This document shows, one piece after another, positions 59,261-64,000 of a DNA stretch of 64,000 bases (its first letter is position 1; each line of letters starts with the position of its first letter). Made by a program: the position numbers and the translations under genes. The notes below the pieces were generated by a model. The model worked only from the letters and a program-made list of their open reading frames with translations, was not told the origin of the DNA and ran no database searches. Where the stretch lies: positions 864,001-928,000 of the forward strand of contig CAWBOC010000009.1 of assembly GCA_963790305.1 (NCBI GenBank), given 5' to 3'. The DNA is from an uncultured Gemmatimonadaceae bacterium. Lineage in GTDB: Bacteria; Gemmatimonadota; Gemmatimonadetes; Gemmatimonadales; Gemmatimonadaceae.

Positions 59261-60676
59261 CTACGATTTTCCGTTGACTGGAGTGACTTCCGCATTGGCG
59301 CCGGGTTGCGGGCGCACGCGAAGGATCAGGTCGTCCTGCACCGAGGCCGGGCCACGTCCATCACGATTACTGGTTGTGATCCAGAGCTGACCATCAGGAC
59401 CCATTCGTACCGCCCGAATGCGGCCGACGGTCTGCGAGAGCAATACCTCTTCCTGGATCACCTTCAACTGCCCGATGGCGGCCGCCGTGGAGTCGAACAC
59501 CACGCGACGAAGCTGCCGGCCCCGAAGGCCCCCAACGAAAGCGTTGCCTTGCCATGGCGCGTATGGCCCGGTGTAGAAGGCAATGCCGCCTGGCGCGATT
59601 GCCGGGGACCATTCCGCGACGGGGTCGACGAATCGCGCGTCAGCCGCCCTGCCAGCGACCACCGGCCAGCCGTAGTTCGCGCCTGGGGTTACCAGATTCA
59701 GCTCATCCCTCCCGGATCGGCCGCCTTCATGAGGCAGCGAGCTGGGACCGTGTTCGGTTGTGATCAGCAGGTTGCGCGCTGGATGCCACGCGAGTGCCTG
59801 CGGATTGCGCAACCCAATGGCATAGACGGGTGACCCCGGAATTGGGTTGTCATTCGGCACGCTTCCGTCGGCACGATACCGCAGGATGCTGCCGGATCCC
59901 GTTTCGGGGTCATTGGAAAATGCCGATGCGAGCGCCTCGCCTACGGTCACGTAGAGGTTACCATCGGGGCCGAACGCCAGCGCGCCACCTGCATGATAGA
60001 AGTTGGCGGGCAGGTCATCGATCACGACCGTGGCGTCAACTCCTTTCCCGCCGCGGTCCGTCAGGCGATACACACGGTTCTCGTATGGGATGGCCGCACG
60101 TGGAGAGAATACGCCCGCTACCTTGCGGAAGACCCTGTCGATCGTGCGCGAGAGCGGTGCCGGGCTGCGTTTCCAGAAGGTCCCGAGCACAAAGACCTGC
60201 CCGCTCGAGGCAAAGTTCGGCGCGAGCGCGATGCCCATCAGTCCGCTTTCCGGTGCGATCTGCTCTTCGCGCGCGAATACCGGAAGCTCTGCCCAGGGGT
60301 CAACGCGTAACACGCCCTTTTCGATCACGCGCACCTGGCCGCCTCTCTCCGTGACGAACACGCGGCCATCGGGGGCAAAATCGAGCGACCAGGGTACTTC
60401 CAGCCCTGAGACGACGGTATCTACCGCGACGGCTACGCCGGATGTCGTGATCAATGCGGGCGCATCGGCTGGCGGCTCCTCGGGCGCTGAAGCAGACGGG
60501 CCCTTTTCCGGAGCGGAGTCACCCTTGGTGCAACCACTGATCGAGACCGCGCCGAGCAAGCCAACGGTGTACCAACGGTTTGTCACCCGTTTCACTGATC
60601 TCGGGATCCTTCGGTAGAACGCGTCACAGCGTTCGAGACAGGGGATGGGTGAGGTAGTCGTGTTCACGTCTGGCAA
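59261..60676 (-). CDS. PQQ-dependent sugar dehydrogenase (GSDH family), probable lipoprotein
   Basis: GLEVPWSL, HAGG..FGPDG, GLRNPQ, EHGP, DELN, NYGWP; start uncertain. Confidence 0.88.
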   Translation of the reverse strand: MPDVNTTTSPIPCLERCDAFYRRIPRSVKRVTNRWYTVGLLGAVSISGCTKGDSAPEKGPSASAPEEPPADAPALITTSGVAVAVDTVVSGLEVPWSLDFAPDGRVFVTERGGQVRVIEKGVLRVDPWAELPVFAREEQIAPESGLMGIALAPNFASSGQVFVLGTFWKRSPAPLSRTIDRVFRKVAGVFSPRAAIPYENRVYRLTDRGGKGVDATVVIDDLPANFYHAGGALAFGPDGNLYVTVGEALASAFSNDPETGSGSILRYRADGSVPNDNPIPGSPVYAIGLRNPQALAWHPARNLLITTEHGPSSLPHEGGRSGRDELNLVTPGANYGWPVVAGRAADARFVDPVAEWSPAIAPGGIAFYTGPYAPWQGNAFVGGLRGRQLRRVVFDSTAAAIGQLKVIQEEVLLSQTVGRIRAVRMGPDGQLWITTSNRDGRGPASVQDDLILRVRPQPGANAEVTPVNGKS

Positions 60677-60758
60677 GTGCGATACTCAGGTTGGCGTGGA
60701 CTTTGATGCTTTTCTGCTGCACCACTCCCCGCGACTGTGAACAAGGGCGGCGAAATCA

Positions 60759-61673
60759 ATGATAAAGATGGTGTATTCCGTTTTCCGCCTTACGATGCTC
60801 CCACTCCTGGCGTCGTTCCACTGCGGAGACGAACCGGTACCCATAACCGACGAACCGGTACCCATAAGCAATGATGCCTCGGCTGAGCCCTCTCTCCACA
60901 CTCAGGGGCGGCTGTTTCGGTCTGATTGGAGCAGCCTCACGGGAAGCAGCGACAGCGCGCACTCCGACAAGGGGCGTTGGACCGACCTGTTTTGCAGTTC
61001 CACTGTCCGCAGCCGGGTGCTATCGGTAGTCCCCGGCTCGACTGCTGGCTGGACCGCGACGCCGAACATCATGCAGGTCACCAACCGCGGCGCACAAAAC
61101 TGCGGCATGATGGAATCCGTCGTCGCGCCCAGGGGCGCCAGCTACTTCATCCGCATGTATATCCGGGTCGAGGATGAGAACCAGTACAGCTTCCATTCCG
61201 TAAACATCAATTCGCTGGGCGACGTTCAGGTGCCGCTGTGGGCGATCTTCAACCCGGTCGCGGGCGTGGATTATTCGCCGAAGCTCACGCTGGCGCATCC
61301 CCATCCCAGCGCAATCCGCGACTGGCGGCCCCGCGCGAAGATTCGCATGGCGCAATGGTACCGCTTCGAATGGCACGTCGAGATCTTCGACGTCGCCAAC
61401 CGGTCAGCGCGTATCTGGCCTCGCATCTACGACATGGCCGATAATCTGGTCGCCGACGCGTCCGCGTACATTCAGGAAGCGCACCCCAGCAGCCCGCTGA
61501 CCTTGCAGCAGTGGTACGACAACGGCGGATTCCACCGCTTCACGGATCTCGAAATGGCCCGCAAGTTCGGCCTCGGGTACGAAGGGCCCGCCGGCGCCGC
61601 TGATCGCGGACGGAAGTGGTACTACGCAGCTGTCGAAATCAGATCGGATACCTGGGCGGGCCCGCTTCGATGA
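60759..61673 (+). CDS. Exported hypothetical protein, aromatic-rich beta-sandwich-like
   Basis: Hydrophobic N-terminus with Cys; YFIRMYIR, QWYRFEWHV, DTWAGP. Confidence 0.6.
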   Translation: MIKMVYSVFRLTMLPLLASFHCGDEPVPITDEPVPISNDASAEPSLHTQGRLFRSDWSSLTGSSDSAHSDKGRWTDLFCSSTVRSRVLSVVPGSTAGWTATPNIMQVTNRGAQNCGMMESVVAPRGASYFIRMYIRVEDENQYSFHSVNINSLGDVQVPLWAIFNPVAGVDYSPKLTLAHPHPSAIRDWRPRAKIRMAQWYRFEWHVEIFDVANRSARIWPRIYDMADNLVADASAYIQEAHPSSPLTLQQWYDNGGFHRFTDLEMARKFGLGYEGPAGAADRGRKWYYAAVEIRSDTWAGPLR

Positions 61674-61683
61674 CGCGATCTTC

Positions 61684-63021
61684 TCAAGGTTGTGAAAGCG
61701 GACGGAGATCCTGCTTTGCTGACATCGCCGGTTGGGAAGCTCCGGCGGATCTCGCGGGCAACATGCGCTCGTAGACGCGACGCACTCCACTGGCGTAGCG
61801 CCGCACCGTGAACTGCTCCGCGCGCTGCAGGGCGCCCTTGCCCAGCTCGTCGCGCCGAATGGGGTCATGGACCAGGTTGGTGAGCACTTCGGCGAGTTGC
61901 GCGGGCACCATCGAATCGAAGGTGATTCCGGAAGAGCGATCGACCACTTCAGCGGGCCCTCCGCTGTTCGCCGCAACGACAGCCTTACCCAGCGACATGG
62001 CCTCGACGACCACCAGACCGAAGGGTTCGGGACGAACCGACGCGTGCAGTGCGATATCGGACGCGTTGAGCAAATCGGGCACGTCATCGCGACTACCGAG
62101 AAATGTCACATGGTCGGCCAGATCGGCCCGCTTTACCGTGGCCTCGAGCTCGTTCATGTACGGCCGATCATCCACGGTTAGGCCACCGGCAAAAGCGACG
62201 TAAAACCCGTTCCGCGCCGTTGCCGGCATCTGCTCGAGCGCTGCGAGTACTACATGCTGGCCCTTCCACTGGCGAACGTTTCCGACCATGAGCGCCATGA
62301 CGGCGTGGCCGGGAATGCCCAACTCGCGACGCACTTCCTCGCGGGTTCGCTTCACGCGGGCGCGGAACGATTCGAGGTCGACGCCCGGATAAATCAGATC
62401 CATCCGATCCGATTTGATTCCCGCGCGGAGCATCGCCTGGGTGATGAACTCGCTGACGCTCAGGTAGTGGTCGAAGGCGCGAAACAGACGCTTGTGCAGC
62501 CAACCGCCACCAGGACCACGCGCGTCACCCGCCACGTTTGCAACGCACGGAATGCGAAGCACGCGCGCGGCCGGAAGCCAATCGTCGTTCCCCGTCGCCG
62601 GCGAGTTGTTGATGTGGATCAAGTCGATCCGATGCTGGCGCAAGAATCGGAAGCGTCGCACGATCGTCGCGCAATTCTCGAAGAGCTTGGCCAGGCGGTT
62701 GCCATTCCGGCGAATGAAGCGCTCCCGGGCACGCACCTCTTCGAGAACCACGACATCCACGCCGTGGGTCCGTAACCTGGCAGCGTATACGTTGTCCTGA
62801 TAAAAAAGCACGACCGGCTCGTACTGCGTCCGATCCAGGTTGGAGACCAGGTCGAACAGCACTCGGTGTGAGCCACCGACCGTTCCGTCCTCATTCGCTT
62901 CGATATAGAGGATCCGGTGTGGGCGAGGCCCGGCCGCGCGCGACCCAATGGAGCCACTCGATGTCGGCGATTCGCCGAGCGCAGTTCCGGGGTCTGCCGC
63001 AGCACGTTCCATGGCGTTCAT
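61684..63021 (-). CDS. GT4 glycosyltransferase
   Basis: VGGS, WKGQ, EPFGLVVVEAM; start uncertain. Confidence 0.9.
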   Translation of the reverse strand: MNAMERAAADPGTALGESPTSSGSIGSRAAGPRPHRILYIEANEDGTVGGSHRVLFDLVSNLDRTQYEPVVLFYQDNVYAARLRTHGVDVVVLEEVRARERFIRRNGNRLAKLFENCATIVRRFRFLRQHRIDLIHINNSPATGNDDWLPAARVLRIPCVANVAGDARGPGGGWLHKRLFRAFDHYLSVSEFITQAMLRAGIKSDRMDLIYPGVDLESFRARVKRTREEVRRELGIPGHAVMALMVGNVRQWKGQHVVLAALEQMPATARNGFYVAFAGGLTVDDRPYMNELEATVKRADLADHVTFLGSRDDVPDLLNASDIALHASVRPEPFGLVVVEAMSLGKAVVAANSGGPAEVVDRSSGITFDSMVPAQLAEVLTNLVHDPIRRDELGKGALQRAEQFTVRRYASGVRRVYERMLPARSAGASQPAMSAKQDLRPLSQP

Positions 63022-63202
63022 CGCCCGCGTTCGTTGGATGGTCACGAATGATTGAAGCGGTTGACGCGTGCCCGTAAGTGAGGGTCCGGGCGAACCCACG
63101 AGTCCATGCATACCAGGCGCCGGACGTTCGTGGCCTCCGCCAGCTCCGCGAAGTCATTGCGCCACTTCTTGTTAGTAGAACGGTACCAGGCTGCGTGGGC
63201 AC

Positions 63203-64000
63203 TCAATGTGGCTCGCGTGCTACGGCTCGGCCGGCTCCTGAGTTGACGACCAGGCCTCGTGCCAGCACGATGCCCAGACCTATGCCGGCAATCGCGCCGA
63301 GCACGTGGTGCCCGGGAGTGGGAAGAAGTCCAACCCATGCCGGCAAGACCACGATCGCGGCTGCGAAAACCGAGAGCGCGCATAACGACTCCCATCGCCG
63401 ACGCGCCCAGAAGCCCACGGGAACTGCCAGCATCACGAGCCAGACTATGCTCAAGGCCGACTTGAGCAACACTGGCCAATGCTCCATGTAGAGGAAAAGC
63501 GCCCAGCCCATCCCAGCAGAGAAACCACTACTGCAGGGAGGCTCAGGTCCAAATCCCACGCAATAATTCCGGCCCGAACGGCGAGCCGTGACGGTGACGT
63601 CTGAACCGGGCACGAGGTTGCGCCAACCGCCAACAACGCGAAGGTCCGGCTGGTCCAGCCTTGCCGAGGCAGAACGCATCCGCACCCGGAACACGAGGTC
63701 GTCCCGATCGGGGCCAATCAGAGCGACCTCGCGTTTGAGGTCATCGTAAATGGCGAACATGGCGGCTTGTCGGGATGTCCTGGGCGCCACAACTGCAACG
63801 ACGCGAATCGGCGCACCCGCGTGTAACAGGTCACGGACCCGAGTCGGTCGCTCGATCCGCCCAGGCGGAAAAGGTTGTCCGCCAATGGATGCCGACCGGA
63901 CCGGTGCATCGTAGGGGTCCAGGTGCCTGAGTGCCGGCGTCCACATCACGAAATACGTGCCCTCGGGGGTCTCGGGCTCGAACAGCAAACCCGTGCTGGC
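63203..64000 (-). CDS. Membrane protein, 3' part only (possibly VanZ-like family)
   Basis: Open frame to the window edge; three C-terminal TMs; no family motif visible. Confidence 0.5.
   Translation of the reverse strand, partial: ASTGLLFEPETPEGTYFVMWTPALRHLDPYDAPVRSASIGGQPFPPGRIERPTRVRDLLHAGAPIRVVAVVAPRTSRQAAMFAIYDDLKREVALIGPDRDDLVFRVRMRSASARLDQPDLRVVGGWRNLVPGSDVTVTARRSGRNYCVGFGPEPPCSSGFSAGMGWALFLYMEHWPVLLKSALSIVWLVMLAVPVGFWARRRWESLCALSVFAAAIVVLPAWVGLLPTPGHHVLGAIAGIGLGIVLARGLVVNSGAGRAVAREPH

Overview
GC-rich (roughly two-thirds GC) bacterial chromosomal window. The gene content looks Gemmatimonadota-like, which is an inference. No rRNA, tRNA, CRISPR array or transposase was seen. The left ~38 kb is a mosaic of accessory and housekeeping genes: Fe-ADH, PLP decarboxylase/racemase/LysR, ATP-dependent ligase, an ECF sigma/anti-sigma operon with three exported HEAT-repeat paralogs, transporters, xth, a TolB-like propeller, a VWA protein, a second FtsH, a Regnase-type PIN protein and an M23 peptidase. 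It is studded with several families of 7- or 9-nt-periodic palindromic intergenic repeats. The right ~26 kb is a Wzc/Wza exopolysaccharide locus. It carries a cytoplasmic histidine kinase and sigma54 activator, a REC-degenerate GGDEF protein with an intact I-site, glycosyltransferases, and a tailoring module: O-carbamoyltransferase, SxtJ-like and SxtK/DUF5989-like membrane proteins, deacetylase, SGNH protein and GNATs. Top hypothesis: the 53-aa SxtK-like peptide ends in a DltX-like FIYxxF motif, suggesting an MBOAT-free route for carbamoylating a surface glycan. Also found: a recurrent TGT-N12-ACA/sigma54 promoter architecture and an internally deleted cysteine synthase relic. Eight +1 frameshifts in seven genes are probably assembly errors.
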